DNA from: a bacterium
Lineage (GTDB): Bacteria; Hinthialibacterota; Hinthialibacteria; Hinthialibacterales; Hinthialibacteraceae
Reading direction: 5' to 3'
DNA: 28,643 bases
Assembly: GCA_041946805.1 (NCBI GenBank)
Contig: JBHGBC010000070.1
Location: forward strand, 1-28,643
In this document: one piece after another, positions 9,063 to 18,716 of the stretch
Position numbering within the stretch: the stretch's first letter is position 1
Layout: every line of letters begins with the position of its first letter
Notes under the pieces: generated by a model
What the model was told of the DNA's origin: nothing
Database searches by the model: none
Seen by the model: only the letters and a program-made list of their open reading frames with translations
Translations under genes and position numbers: made by a program

Positions 9063-10724
9063 ATGGATCTGCGCAGGGGATACGCTTCCGAGGAGGAACG
9101 GGAACGCCTTTTGTTCCGGTTGATTCTCGTCAACAAATGGTTCCTGATTCCCACTTCGGTCGTTTATGAATGGATCATTTCCACCGCCCCCTTCCGCCTG
9201 GCGGTGTACGATTTCATTTTACCCACCATTCTCTACACCAGCAGTTCGCTGATTTTCGTGATCCTGCTATGGTTTTTGCACCGCAACTACGGCGAGGACG
9301 TGAACGCGCCGCGGTATTTGCGGTCCGCCATGGCGCTGGGCGCGCTGTCGTTTTTGGCGGACGCCGCGTATATCTTTTTTTTGACCTTCAACTCGAGCGC
9401 GGGCAATGTGTTATGGCTCTTGTTCCTACCCCCGATCTCGCAAATTCTCCTGGTTCCCCGGTGGCAGCAATGGAAAACGTTGGTCGTGGATGGGCCGGCC
9501 GCCTTTGTGGTTTTCATCGTCCTGTTCGGGTTGTTGCTTTCCTACGAATACCCCGCCGGGACGCCCCGGTTCCCCCCCGCGGATCTCTTGCTCAGCCTGG
9601 CGGGTTTGCTTTTCATGTGGGTGAACGTGCGTCTGGTGCGGGTGTGGATCGACGCGCTGTTGACGGATGTCCAAGGCCTGGGGAATCTCGATTCGCTGTG
9701 GACGGAGGTGATTCACCGTTTTCCGACGGAGTTTTTCCTGGTGAACGACCAGGGGAAACTGATCATCGCCTCGGAGGCGGCCCGCAAGCTCTTATCCCTG
9801 CCCGAAAACGGCAGTTACGATTGGCCGGAGCCGACGCAGTCGATCCGCAACGCCTTGTTGCTGCGCTTTCATGCCGAAACCAAGTTGGATGACAACATCA
9901 CCGTTCCGGACGACGACTATCCGCATCCGGTCAAGATTTACCCGGCCTTCTTTTTGATGGGCAACGAGCGGTTTTGCATCGCCCTGGCGCAGGAAGAGAA
10001 TCCCGAGATCCCCAAGCAGGCGGCCGTGTTGCGTTCGGACCGGTTGACCATCGCCGGGCAGATCGCCGCCGGACTGGCGCACGAGTTGGGCAATCCCCTG
10101 GGGATCATCCATTCGTGTGCGTCGTATCTGAAACAGAAATCGCCCGAGGACCCCAACCGGGAAGAATTCGAGTTGATCGAGAGAGAGTCGAAGCGGTGCC
10201 AAAATCTGATCGACCGCCTGTTGTCGCTGGCCTCGCCCAAACGCGACACGCCTGGCGTGCATGACCTGCGGGACATCGTGCGCAATTCCCACGCTCTCGT
10301 GAAGTACCAAGCCGGGGAGCGGGAAATCGACCTGTCCCTGCCCAGCGAACCGGTATGGATCCACGCCAATGAAGGCCAATTGTCCGCCGTGTTCGTGAAC
10401 TTGTATCTGAACGCGCTCCAGGGGATGGAAACCGTGGGGCCGGAAGCCAAGTTGCGCATCCACATGCGCACGCGCGGAGAGCAGGCGATCGTGGACGTCA
10501 CGGACGAGGGCGTGGGGATTCCCAAGGACGAGCTGGAAAAGATTTTCGATCCCTTTTTCACCCGCAAGGCACAGGGGACCGGTCTGGGATTATACATCGT
10601 GCATCAAATCATCCACTCGCTGGGCGGCCGGATCGATGTGGCGAGCACCGTCGGTTCCGGAACCACGTTCAGCATTTACCTGCCCCTGTGCCAGGATATC
10701 CCCGACGCGGAAAAATCAGAATGA
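9063..10724 (+). CDS. Membrane sensor histidine kinase (HisKA + HATPase_c)
   Basis: About 5-6 N-terminal TM helices. H-box LAHELGNPL, N-box NLYLNA, G1 DEGVGI, F-box IFDPFFT, G2 GTGLGL. Confidence 0.93.
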   Translation: MDLRRGYASEEERERLLFRLILVNKWFLIPTSVVYEWIISTAPFRLAVYDFILPTILYTSSSLIFVILLWFLHRNYGEDVNAPRYLRSAMALGALSFLADAAYIFFLTFNSSAGNVLWLLFLPPISQILLVPRWQQWKTLVVDGPAAFVVFIVLFGLLLSYEYPAGTPRFPPADLLLSLAGLLFMWVNVRLVRVWIDALLTDVQGLGNLDSLWTEVIHRFPTEFFLVNDQGKLIIASEAARKLLSLPENGSYDWPEPTQSIRNALLLRFHAETKLDDNITVPDDDYPHPVKIYPAFFLMGNERFCIALAQEENPEIPKQAAVLRSDRLTIAGQIAAGLAHELGNPLGIIHSCASYLKQKSPEDPNREEFELIERESKRCQNLIDRLLSLASPKRDTPGVHDLRDIVRNSHALVKYQAGEREIDLSLPSEPVWIHANEGQLSAVFVNLYLNALQGMETVGPEAKLRIHMRTRGEQAIVDVTDEGVGIPKDELEKIFDPFFTRKAQGTGLGLYIVHQIIHSLGGRIDVASTVGSGTTFSIYLPLCQDIPDAEKSE

Positions 10725-10745
10725 ACAGGATGGGAATTTGAATCC

Positions 10746-13223
10746 ATGGCCCAACGCCGCGCCCCATACCCGATTCCGTCACCCCTGGCGTTGTTTTTTG
10801 AAAACCTGACCCATTTGGCGTTGTGTTTTCAGCTCATATCCACCGCGATATATTACAACGGATGGATGCATCCCCTTTCGCACAAGATGCTGCTGGCCCA
10901 GTTTCTGGCCGTGACCGCCTGGTTCTGTTATCTGCTTTACAGCCTCCTGGCCCGGCGGTTCGTCCTGGCGTTCAGCCCGTATTACTGGCCTGCCCTGGTT
11001 TTGTGCGTCTGGGCGGGCATCCGCGCCTGGACCGCCCCCAATACCGACGCTCCGCGCAATTATTGGATTTTCATCAACATCACCGCCACGTTTCCCCTCT
11101 GGATCACCGCGTTCCGCAAGCCCCGGTTCCGGAGCTGGTTCGCGTGGTCGTTGCTGTTCGCCGGGGCTTGCATGGCGGCGGGTTGCCTGCGGCAGTTGGC
11201 GATGGACGATCCCAAGTTCGAATGGCCGTTTTTCCGGGCCATCACCCTGTCGAGAGGCTCTTACGAACGGCAGGAGTTGGGATCATTCATGGGGCATAAC
11301 AACGACAGTTCCGAATACCTGGGCATCACGATGCTGTTCGCGGGTTTTCTGGCCTGGCGTTTCCGGCGCTCGCCGGGAGTCCTGGCGTTCGTGTTCTATA
11401 TTCTGGTGGCCCTGGTCCTCATCTACCTTGGCGGCAGCCGGGGGGTGGCCTTGATGGTGTTGGTGTGCGCGGCGTTTCTGTTCATCGCCGCGTTCACGCG
11501 CCGGCCGGGGCTGGGATCCGTGTTGAAGAACCTGCGGCGGTGGCTGTCACCCCAATGGGTGCTGGGCGGCGTGGGGTTGCTCGCGGGGCTGCTGGTGGCG
11601 CTGGCGGTGATTTTCCCGGACGCCACCTACCGGAAGATGGACCAGAATGTGATCCGGCGGTTTTTCACCTCGCCCGAGACGCTGTTGTCGGGTACATATC
11701 CCCGGGTGTGGTGGATGTCGGTGCTCATGGCCGGCGACAATCCCCTGTTCGGGGTGGGATTTTCCTCCTGGCCGTATCAATACCCGTATTATCAGAAGAA
11801 ATGGTTCACCGAGAATCCGCAGACATCGCTCGGATTGCCGGAGATGGGGCGGCATTCCCTGCAGGCGCACAATGATTATTTGCAGTTGTGGGCGGAGCTG
11901 GGATTCATCGGATTGCTGTGCCTGCTGTGGCTGCTTTGTGTCCACGTCCGGGCCTTCGTGACCTTGCTGAAAGCCCAACCGTTGTCTCCCCTGGGCCTGA
12001 CGGCCGGGGCGGCGACGCTGGGCATGCTGACGCGGGCGGTATTTGGTTTTCCGTTTCACATGGCCGCCGCCAGTTGCCTCTTTTTGGCCAACTTGGGATT
12101 GCTCTCGGCGGTGGTGTGCCGCAAGGATTGGATTTGGCAGCCGGATTGGCTGGCGAAGGCCACGCCGGGCGCCCAGGCCGGCATGGCGGCGGGGGCCGTG
12201 GCGGGGATGTTCGCGTTGTGTTTTCCGATCCACACACTGATCCTGGCCGATTATTCCGCCCGCAGCCATGGGATCTGGGCCTACGAAGCGATGAACGTCC
12301 AGCGGGCGGGGAACCAGGAGGCCGCCCAACGGTATCTGGATTACGGCTACCGTGATTTCGAACACGCCGTGCAGGTGCTTCCCAACCAAGGGAAGTATTT
12401 GTATGAATTGGGATCGGAAACCGTGATGCGGGGGACGTCCTCCCGGAATCAGGAGTTGTTGAAGAAGGGAATCGCGTACCTGGAGCAATCCCTGGAGAGT
12501 TACACCTTTTACAACACGTTCGCCTGCCTGGGCCGTGCATACCGGATGCTGTGGGAGGGGACCCAGAATCCCGAATACTGGCAAAAAGCCCTGGACAACT
12601 TCGAGGAAACGGTCGGCATCATGCCGACGTTCGAAGAGGGGTATGTGCAGCTGGCCCTGTTGTATGGCAAGAATGATCAGCTCAAGAAAAGCCTGGACCT
12701 GTTGAGCGAAACTGAACTGCGCTATCCCGGCTTTATCGAACGCGGCGTGCTGGAGGCGGCGCACGTGGCGGAATCCGGCCAGGACATCCCCACCGCCACG
12801 ATCCTCTACAACCTGGCGGCCAGTATTACTCCGCAGAACAAGAAGATTTTTCAGGACACCATCCTGTTTTTCCTGAAGATCGGCCGGATGGACATGGCGG
12901 CGCTGACCCTCACCCGCCTGGCGCCGTATCAGGAATCCGGGGTGGTGGTTGACGCCATCACTTCGCTGCTGGTTCTGCAATTGGAGCAGAAACAGACGCC
13001 TCTGGCGGCCGCCATGATGCGGGATCTCCGGAATCTCCCGGCATTGCGTTCCCTCCAATCGCTTTGGTATTATTCCGGCGCAGTCTCCTGGATGGCCGGA
13101 CACCCGTGGGAAACCGCAGTGTATTGGGCGGCCGCGCGGGACCAGGGGGTGCCCCTGGCGCAGCTGGATCCGCCCTTGTCCCTTGTCCTGGAAAAACTGG
13201 TCAATCCTTTGATTCCGCGCTAA
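10746..13223 (+). CDS. O-antigen ligase (Wzy_C/WaaL/O-OTase-like) membrane protein with C-terminal TPR-like region
   Basis: About 12 TM segments. Motifs GSRG, PLFGVG and AHNDYLQLWAELGFIG. Helical TPR-like C-terminal third. Confidence 0.85.
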   Translation: MAQRRAPYPIPSPLALFFENLTHLALCFQLISTAIYYNGWMHPLSHKMLLAQFLAVTAWFCYLLYSLLARRFVLAFSPYYWPALVLCVWAGIRAWTAPNTDAPRNYWIFINITATFPLWITAFRKPRFRSWFAWSLLFAGACMAAGCLRQLAMDDPKFEWPFFRAITLSRGSYERQELGSFMGHNNDSSEYLGITMLFAGFLAWRFRRSPGVLAFVFYILVALVLIYLGGSRGVALMVLVCAAFLFIAAFTRRPGLGSVLKNLRRWLSPQWVLGGVGLLAGLLVALAVIFPDATYRKMDQNVIRRFFTSPETLLSGTYPRVWWMSVLMAGDNPLFGVGFSSWPYQYPYYQKKWFTENPQTSLGLPEMGRHSLQAHNDYLQLWAELGFIGLLCLLWLLCVHVRAFVTLLKAQPLSPLGLTAGAATLGMLTRAVFGFPFHMAAASCLFLANLGLLSAVVCRKDWIWQPDWLAKATPGAQAGMAAGAVAGMFALCFPIHTLILADYSARSHGIWAYEAMNVQRAGNQEAAQRYLDYGYRDFEHAVQVLPNQGKYLYELGSETVMRGTSSRNQELLKKGIAYLEQSLESYTFYNTFACLGRAYRMLWEGTQNPEYWQKALDNFEETVGIMPTFEEGYVQLALLYGKNDQLKKSLDLLSETELRYPGFIERGVLEAAHVAESGQDIPTATILYNLAASITPQNKKIFQDTILFFLKIGRMDMAALTLTRLAPYQESGVVVDAITSLLVLQLEQKQTPLAAAMMRDLRNLPALRSLQSLWYYSGAVSWMAGHPWETAVYWAAARDQGVPLAQLDPPLSLVLEKLVNPLIPR

Positions 13224-13352
13224 AGTTACCCGGCGGGAGTTCCGACGATAGCGCCAGACCGGCCGGGCGGGGGAAGGGGGAATTTTTATCTTCTCAAGCG
13301 CGTCCAATCGACGTACAATGAGGAAGTAATCTTACTCAAGGGAGCATGGAAG

Positions 13353-14837
13353 ATGCGGCGTGCGTGCGCGGTAGTGCTGGGAGGGAGTGTTTTTTTTCTG
13401 TTCGCGGTGTTGCCCTGCGGCGGCGCGGACAATCCGTACATCGATCTCAAGATTGGCCTCAACAATTTCAGCCGGGTGACGGAACTGATCTACACGAAAT
13501 ACGAAAAAGAACCTGATCTGGCCGCGCTTTACGAAAAGACCTGGGTGAGCCTGGCCAAAATCCTGCCGGCCACCGAGGTGATTCCCTCCGCCACGCTCCC
13601 TCCTTATAGCAGTTCGCGGGAAATCCGCGATTTTTACGCCAACCGGATCGAGCAGGCCATCACCATGACCGCCCGGAAGCAGCCGGATGACGCCACCCCC
13701 TCGGTGAAGCAACTATGGAACCGGGCCTCCAGCGCCCTGGTGGGAGCGCTGGACGATCCGTACAGCCAGTTTTTGCCCGCCGAGGAACACAAGGAACTGC
13801 AGCGCGTCCTGTCGGGCGAGCCGGATGAAACCAAGCAATTTTACGGCGTGGGGATCAGCGTGGATTGGGACACGACGGGTAACGAAGGCGTGTTGGTGAT
13901 CGCACCCCTGCCGGGCACGCCGGCGGAACGAAACGGCATCCGGGCGGGCGACATCATCATCGCCGTGGATGGGGATTTGCTCAAGAACTGGGAGGGGACC
14001 TCCAGCGAGAAACTGACCAAGGCGATCGATAGAATCAAGGGCGAGCAAGGAACCGAGGTCAAACTGACCCTCAAGAAACCGAACTCACCGGAACCGGTGG
14101 ATGTAATCCTGAAGCGGGAACCGATCAATCCCGAACTGCACATCACCAAGGAGATGCTCGACAAGGAGGTGGGGTACATCCGCCTCTTCAGTTTCTACGC
14201 CCGCGCGATGGAGGACGTGTTGGAGTCCATCCGTTATTTGAAGACGGAAGGCCTGAAGAAGTTGATATTCGACCTGCGGTACAATCCGGGCGGATATCTC
14301 GACCAGGCGGTCAAGGTGGCCGATCTCTTCTTGAAGAAAGACGATTTGATCACGTACACCTACGGCCGCAACTCGCCTGAACGGTACTTTTACGACGAAT
14401 CCACCGGCGCCGACGGCTTGATCGATATTCCCATGGTGGTGTTGATGAACGAATGGTCGGCCAGCGCCTCGGAAGTGGTCACCGGCGCGCTGAAAGACAA
14501 TCACCGCACCCTGGTGGTGGGCAAGAAGAGCTTCGGCAAAGGATCCGTGCAGGAAGTGTTCAATCTCAATGAGGGCGCGGGCCTGCGCCTCACCGTGGCC
14601 CGGTATTACACTCCGTCGGGAGTTTGCATCCACGAGAAGGGCATCCAGCCGGATATCGAAGTGGAGCGTCTGACGGACGAAGAGGCGGAAGCCATTCTGC
14701 AGAAAGACTACAACAATATATCCCGCCTGAACCGGCTGCTGGAACGCGATCCGCAGCTCAAGGTGGCGCTCCAGTATCTCCGGGGGGAAATTTCGCTCGC
14801 CGGCGTCAAGAAAGACGGCGTCAAGGATGACGGGTGA
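13353..14837 (+). CDS. ctpA: S41A carboxyl-terminal processing protease (PDZ + S41)
   Basis: LDDPYS, PDZ (GVGI..PAERNGIRAGDIIIAVDG), DLRYNPGG, catalytic SASASE and KSFGKGSVQ, TVARYYTPSG. N-terminal signal/anchor. Confidence 0.92.
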   Translation: MRRACAVVLGGSVFFLFAVLPCGGADNPYIDLKIGLNNFSRVTELIYTKYEKEPDLAALYEKTWVSLAKILPATEVIPSATLPPYSSSREIRDFYANRIEQAITMTARKQPDDATPSVKQLWNRASSALVGALDDPYSQFLPAEEHKELQRVLSGEPDETKQFYGVGISVDWDTTGNEGVLVIAPLPGTPAERNGIRAGDIIIAVDGDLLKNWEGTSSEKLTKAIDRIKGEQGTEVKLTLKKPNSPEPVDVILKREPINPELHITKEMLDKEVGYIRLFSFYARAMEDVLESIRYLKTEGLKKLIFDLRYNPGGYLDQAVKVADLFLKKDDLITYTYGRNSPERYFYDESTGADGLIDIPMVVLMNEWSASASEVVTGALKDNHRTLVVGKKSFGKGSVQEVFNLNEGAGLRLTVARYYTPSGVCIHEKGIQPDIEVERLTDEEAEAILQKDYNNISRLNRLLERDPQLKVALQYLRGEISLAGVKKDGVKDDG

Positions 14838-14840
14838 TCC

Positions 14841-15464
14841 ATGGCCCTCCATGACCTGACCTTGCCGATGCGTCCCGAACAGCCGCCGTGGCCGGGCGAC
14901 CCTCCTTTTTCCAAGACACCCGTCAGCGCCATCCACCAGGGGGATTCGGCGAATGTGTCCTGGCTCGCCATGAGTTCCCATTTCGGGACCCACCTGGACG
15001 CGCCGTATCATTTCGAGGAAACCGGCCTCCGGCTCGATCAAATCCCCCCGGAAGTCTGCGTGGGGCCGGCGACCGTGCATGCCGTTGACACGCCAGACCT
15101 CATCCGTCCGGAACACCTTCCCCGCCTCGAGGGCGTGGAACGGATCGTTTTCAAAACCCGCAACACCCGCGTGATCGCCGATACCGTCTTTCACACGGAT
15201 TATGTGTCACTGAGCCTGGAAGCGGCGCGGGAATTATCGGGGGCGGGTGTGAGACTGGTGGGGATCGATTATTTTTCGGTGGAAGCGTTCAAGAATCCGG
15301 GGCATCCCGTGCATCACGAGTTGTGCGGGAAGGGGGTGGTGATCGTGGAAGGTCTGGATCTGCGGCGGATCGCGCCCGGCCGTTATGAGATCATCGCCCT
15401 GCCTCTGTTGATCGCGGGAGGCGACGGCAGCCCCTGCCGGGTTTTGCTGCGGGATCTCACGTAA
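14841..15464 (+). CDS. Cyclase-family metal hydrolase (kynurenine formamidase KynB-like)
   Basis: PWPGD, HFGTHLDAPYH (HxGTHxDxPxH), VGID..S, IVEGL, DGSPCR. Confidence 0.88.
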   Translation: MALHDLTLPMRPEQPPWPGDPPFSKTPVSAIHQGDSANVSWLAMSSHFGTHLDAPYHFEETGLRLDQIPPEVCVGPATVHAVDTPDLIRPEHLPRLEGVERIVFKTRNTRVIADTVFHTDYVSLSLEAARELSGAGVRLVGIDYFSVEAFKNPGHPVHHELCGKGVVIVEGLDLRRIAPGRYEIIALPLLIAGGDGSPCRVLLRDLT

Positions 15465-16341
15465 GCAGCTGGATAGCCTTCATCCCTTCCTGCAAGGCCA
15501 TCATTTCATCGTCTTCCAGGTTGCGTTGGGGGAGGCGCATGGAGCCCGCGTCCACGCCCAGGAGCCACAAGCTGGCCTTGAGGTGGGCGATCAGATTGGC
15601 GTGGACGATCAAGTCCACGTAGCGGTTGATTTGCTGCTGGCATTGCATGGCGGTTTCGTGGTCGCCCGCCTGGACGGCGGCGAGGAGCGCCAGGAAAACC
15701 TTGGGCTGCACGTTGGCCGTGGAGGAGACGATGGCTTTGCCCCCCGCCTGGAGGGAGCGGCAGACCTGCGTGTCGTTTCCGCAAATGATTTGAAACTGGT
15801 CGGATTTATAGGGCAGCCAGCGTTGCAGCGCGCCCTCCTCGCCGCTTTCCTTGATCCCCCGGATGTTGGAAAACCGTTTGAGCAGCCGCTCCAGGGTGAC
15901 GGGTTTCAAGTCGTTGCCGGTGTTCTGAGGCAGGTTGTACAAATAAAGGGGGTTGTCCCCCACGGCTTCGGCCACCCGGGCGATGTAGGTGAATTGGGCC
16001 TCTTCGTCGCAACGGAAAAACCAAGGCTGCAGCAGGCTGATGGCGTCCACGTTCATTTGCACGGCGGCCTTGGCGGTGGCCAGGGTTCCCGGCAGATCCC
16101 CGCATCCCACTTGCATGATCACCCGCGCGCGGCCGTGCAGGCAGCGCAGGGTTTCTTCCAACACGACGATTTTTTCCTGGGAAGAGAGGCAGGGGCCTTC
16201 GCCGGTGGTTCCGCAGATGAATACGCCTTGGACTCCGCTTCGCAGCAGCCATTCACAGAGCGGTTTGATTTTGGCGGTGTCGATCTTCATGCCGTCCGGC
16301 GTGAAGGGAGTGGGCAAAGCCGGAAATATGCCACGTAACAT
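15457..16341 (-). CDS. DapA/NAL-family class I aldolase (probably not a true DHDPS)
   Basis: ALPTPF, GTTGEG, LYNLP, Schiff-base lysine in GIKES. 8-bp convergent overlap with the KynB-like gene. Confidence 0.88.
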   Translation of the reverse strand: MLRGIFPALPTPFTPDGMKIDTAKIKPLCEWLLRSGVQGVFICGTTGEGPCLSSQEKIVVLEETLRCLHGRARVIMQVGCGDLPGTLATAKAAVQMNVDAISLLQPWFFRCDEEAQFTYIARVAEAVGDNPLYLYNLPQNTGNDLKPVTLERLLKRFSNIRGIKESGEEGALQRWLPYKSDQFQIICGNDTQVCRSLQAGGKAIVSSTANVQPKVFLALLAAVQAGDHETAMQCQQQINRYVDLIVHANLIAHLKASLWLLGVDAGSMRLPQRNLEDDEMMALQEGMKAIQLLT

Positions 16342-16540
16342 GGGTCCGGGTGTCCTTTCTCAACGTCAAATGGGTTTGTGCGAGTCTACTCCATCCGTGG
16401 GAAAACAGAAGTGAACCGGTGATTTTGGCTAGGGGGGCGGGAGGAACGAAAGGGAAGCTGCGCCGGCCGTCCCGCAACGGGGAACGTGAAGAATAGGGAA
16501 GGATGAGGACGGTGAAGGCAGGATGGCTTGGCCGATCCGG

Positions 16541-16588
16541 AACACAAAAACAACAAGGCGCGGACAGGCAAGCTTCCCGCGCCTTGTT
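16541..16588 (-). terminator. Intrinsic terminator downstream of the 16634-18457 gene
   Basis: Perfect 12-bp stem AACAAGGCGCGG (16552-16563) / CCGCGCCTTGTT (16577-16588), followed on the minus strand by GTTTTTGTGTT. Confidence 0.7.
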
Positions 16589-16633
16589 TGGTCATTTGTC
16601 CGTTCAGGAATCCAATCCCCGCCGACCGGGCCG

Positions 16634-18457
16634 TTAATACAGGTCCCAGAGTTGGACCGCCGTGGGGTACGGTACGATGTCGGCCAGCATGTCCACGCCG
16701 GCGTTTTTGCCCACGGGGCGGATCACCGCGTAGCGGACCCGGCTGATATACACCGCGCAATTGTCGGAGAACCCCAGCCGCACCGCTCCCGGGGAGACAT
16801 TGACGCCCGTGAAGTTGACGTCATCGATCACCCAGGCCACCGTACGCCATTCTCCCGTGCCTTCCAAGGTCAGGCGGTTTTCGGCGGGATAGAACTTGAT
16901 GGTCACAATCCCGAAGACGTTGGTTTGATACACTTCCGGCCCGAAGCGTTCGCCCGCCAACGCCGGATCATCGTAATAATCATAGGCCATCTTGATCTTG
17001 GCGTTGGGTTGGCTGGTCGGCCCGAACACTTCGTTCAGGATGACGAAGTTCATGTACCGGTCGAAGTTGGTGTCCGTCCCCTCGCCCAGCGCGGGCCGGA
17101 CCGCCCGGCGCTTGTCATTATCGGGTCCGATGCCTTCCTCGATGATGTACTCCTGGTCGCCGCCGCTGCCGACCATGTCGAGATTGTCCGTGACTCCCAG
17201 GTTGAGGTCCAGTTCGGCGTAGATCCCATACGGATCGGGATCGAAGGGATAGACGTTGGGAATGGGGTCGACCCCCTCATAGATGCCGGAGGTGCGGATC
17301 ACGCCGAGGCGTAGGCGGCTGATGTACACCGGCCCGGTGAAGACGAACTGGGTGGCCGCCTGGGTGGGAACATTGACGCCCTTGAGTTTCACGTCCGTCA
17401 CATACCACAACGCCTCTTTCCACTTCCCGCTGCCTTCCAACACGGTCCGGCTGGCATCCGGATAGAACGCCAGTTGGTCACCCACGGAGTAGTATGCTTC
17501 CGGCCCGAAGATGGCGCCGGCCAGGGCGGGATCGTCGTAATACTCGGCGACGATCTTGTACCGGGCGCTAGGCTGGCTGGTGGGGCCGAAGAACTCATTG
17601 AGAATTTCCCAATTCACGTAAATGTCCCGCGTCCCATCCGTGCCATTGTCCAATGCCGGGCGGATCGCCTTGCGCTGGTCGCCGGCGGGTCCGATGCCGG
17701 ACGATTCCACGATTTCCTGGTCGCCGCTGGTCACCCGGTACACATCCAGGCCGTTTTTGACGCCCTTGTTGATGTCCCATTCGGCCATGATCCCGAAGTT
17801 ATCGGGGTTGAATTCCACCACCGTGGAGACATTGATGTCTTCCGGTTCCCCGAACACGCCCGCGGGGGCGAAAGCCACTGCCCGGATGATCAGGCCGTTG
17901 GTGTTTTGCAGCCGGATGGTGCCGCCGTTCACGCCGCCGGCCGTGGCGCCGGGATCGACCTGGTTTCCAGCCCAGCCGTCGGAGTTGTCCACGCGGAAAA
18001 GCCGCCATTGATACTGGTCGGTCACCGATTCGAACGAATAGTCGGGCGTGCCATGCAGGTTTCCGAGCGTGCCGAGCAGAAAGTTGAAATTGCTCCGCTT
18101 GGATTCGGAATTGGCGAAATACAAGACCAGCACGTCGATGGAGGTGATATCCGGCCAGAAATCGAAGAATTGGTCCGCCACATTGAAATATTGGGACTCC
18201 GATTTTTTGGCGTCGAGACCGCCCACGACCACATCCGTGGTTACCTGATCGCCTCCGGTCAGGACGGAAAGCGAATCGATGAACTGGGTTCCCTGGCCGC
18301 TGGGAATCGCGTCAAACAGGAAACCGTCCGCGCTCCAGAAGTGCACCTCCGCGGTGAAGTCGGTGAGGGGCGGCCACTTGGTGGTGTCCGGCGCTTGCGC
18401 GTTGGCCGCCATGGCCGTCACCACAAGCAATCCTAGCAAAAGTCTGGTGCGTTTCAT
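16634..18457 (-). CDS. Secreted hypothetical protein with tandem ~190-aa repeats and a C-terminal TAVQLWDLY motif
   Basis: Sec signal MKRTRLLLGLLVVTAMAANA-Q and AAAGGA RBS. Duplicated blocks GIGP..D.R.A.RPAL, ILNE.FGPTSQP.A, YYDDPALAG..FGPE, YISR.R. Confidence 0.85.
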   Translation of the reverse strand: MKRTRLLLGLLVVTAMAANAQAPDTTKWPPLTDFTAEVHFWSADGFLFDAIPSGQGTQFIDSLSVLTGGDQVTTDVVVGGLDAKKSESQYFNVADQFFDFWPDITSIDVLVLYFANSESKRSNFNFLLGTLGNLHGTPDYSFESVTDQYQWRLFRVDNSDGWAGNQVDPGATAGGVNGGTIRLQNTNGLIIRAVAFAPAGVFGEPEDINVSTVVEFNPDNFGIMAEWDINKGVKNGLDVYRVTSGDQEIVESSGIGPAGDQRKAIRPALDNGTDGTRDIYVNWEILNEFFGPTSQPSARYKIVAEYYDDPALAGAIFGPEAYYSVGDQLAFYPDASRTVLEGSGKWKEALWYVTDVKLKGVNVPTQAATQFVFTGPVYISRLRLGVIRTSGIYEGVDPIPNVYPFDPDPYGIYAELDLNLGVTDNLDMVGSGGDQEYIIEEGIGPDNDKRRAVRPALGEGTDTNFDRYMNFVILNEVFGPTSQPNAKIKMAYDYYDDPALAGERFGPEVYQTNVFGIVTIKFYPAENRLTLEGTGEWRTVAWVIDDVNFTGVNVSPGAVRLGFSDNCAVYISRVRYAVIRPVGKNAGVDMLADIVPYPTAVQLWDLY

Positions 18458-18716
18458 GCAATTTCATCCTTTCGTGGAGAGTTTGCCAAGATGCATCGAT
18501 TGAGTGCTTATTTGATAATTCTCTCAAAAAAAATTACTTACTGTCAAGCTATGTCCGGTTCATGGCATAATATCAGTCCGGCGATGAGGGGATCGTTGAA
18601 GAAACCGGATATTTCCATCATGATTTCACCGGCCGGGATGATCCGGATGAGGGAAGTAGAGGCCTCCTTCTCCACGAGACGCGGGAAGGGGAACGCGATT
18701 CAGAAAGGGACGAGAC

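Noticed and set aside
11547..13307. 586-aa antisense ORF, and similar long antisense ORFs at 20708-22573, 26509-28098, 18618-20063 and 14085-15194
   Set aside because: Shadow ORFs opposite well-supported genes. High GC3 removes stop codons on the antisense frame, and they show no recognisable motifs.
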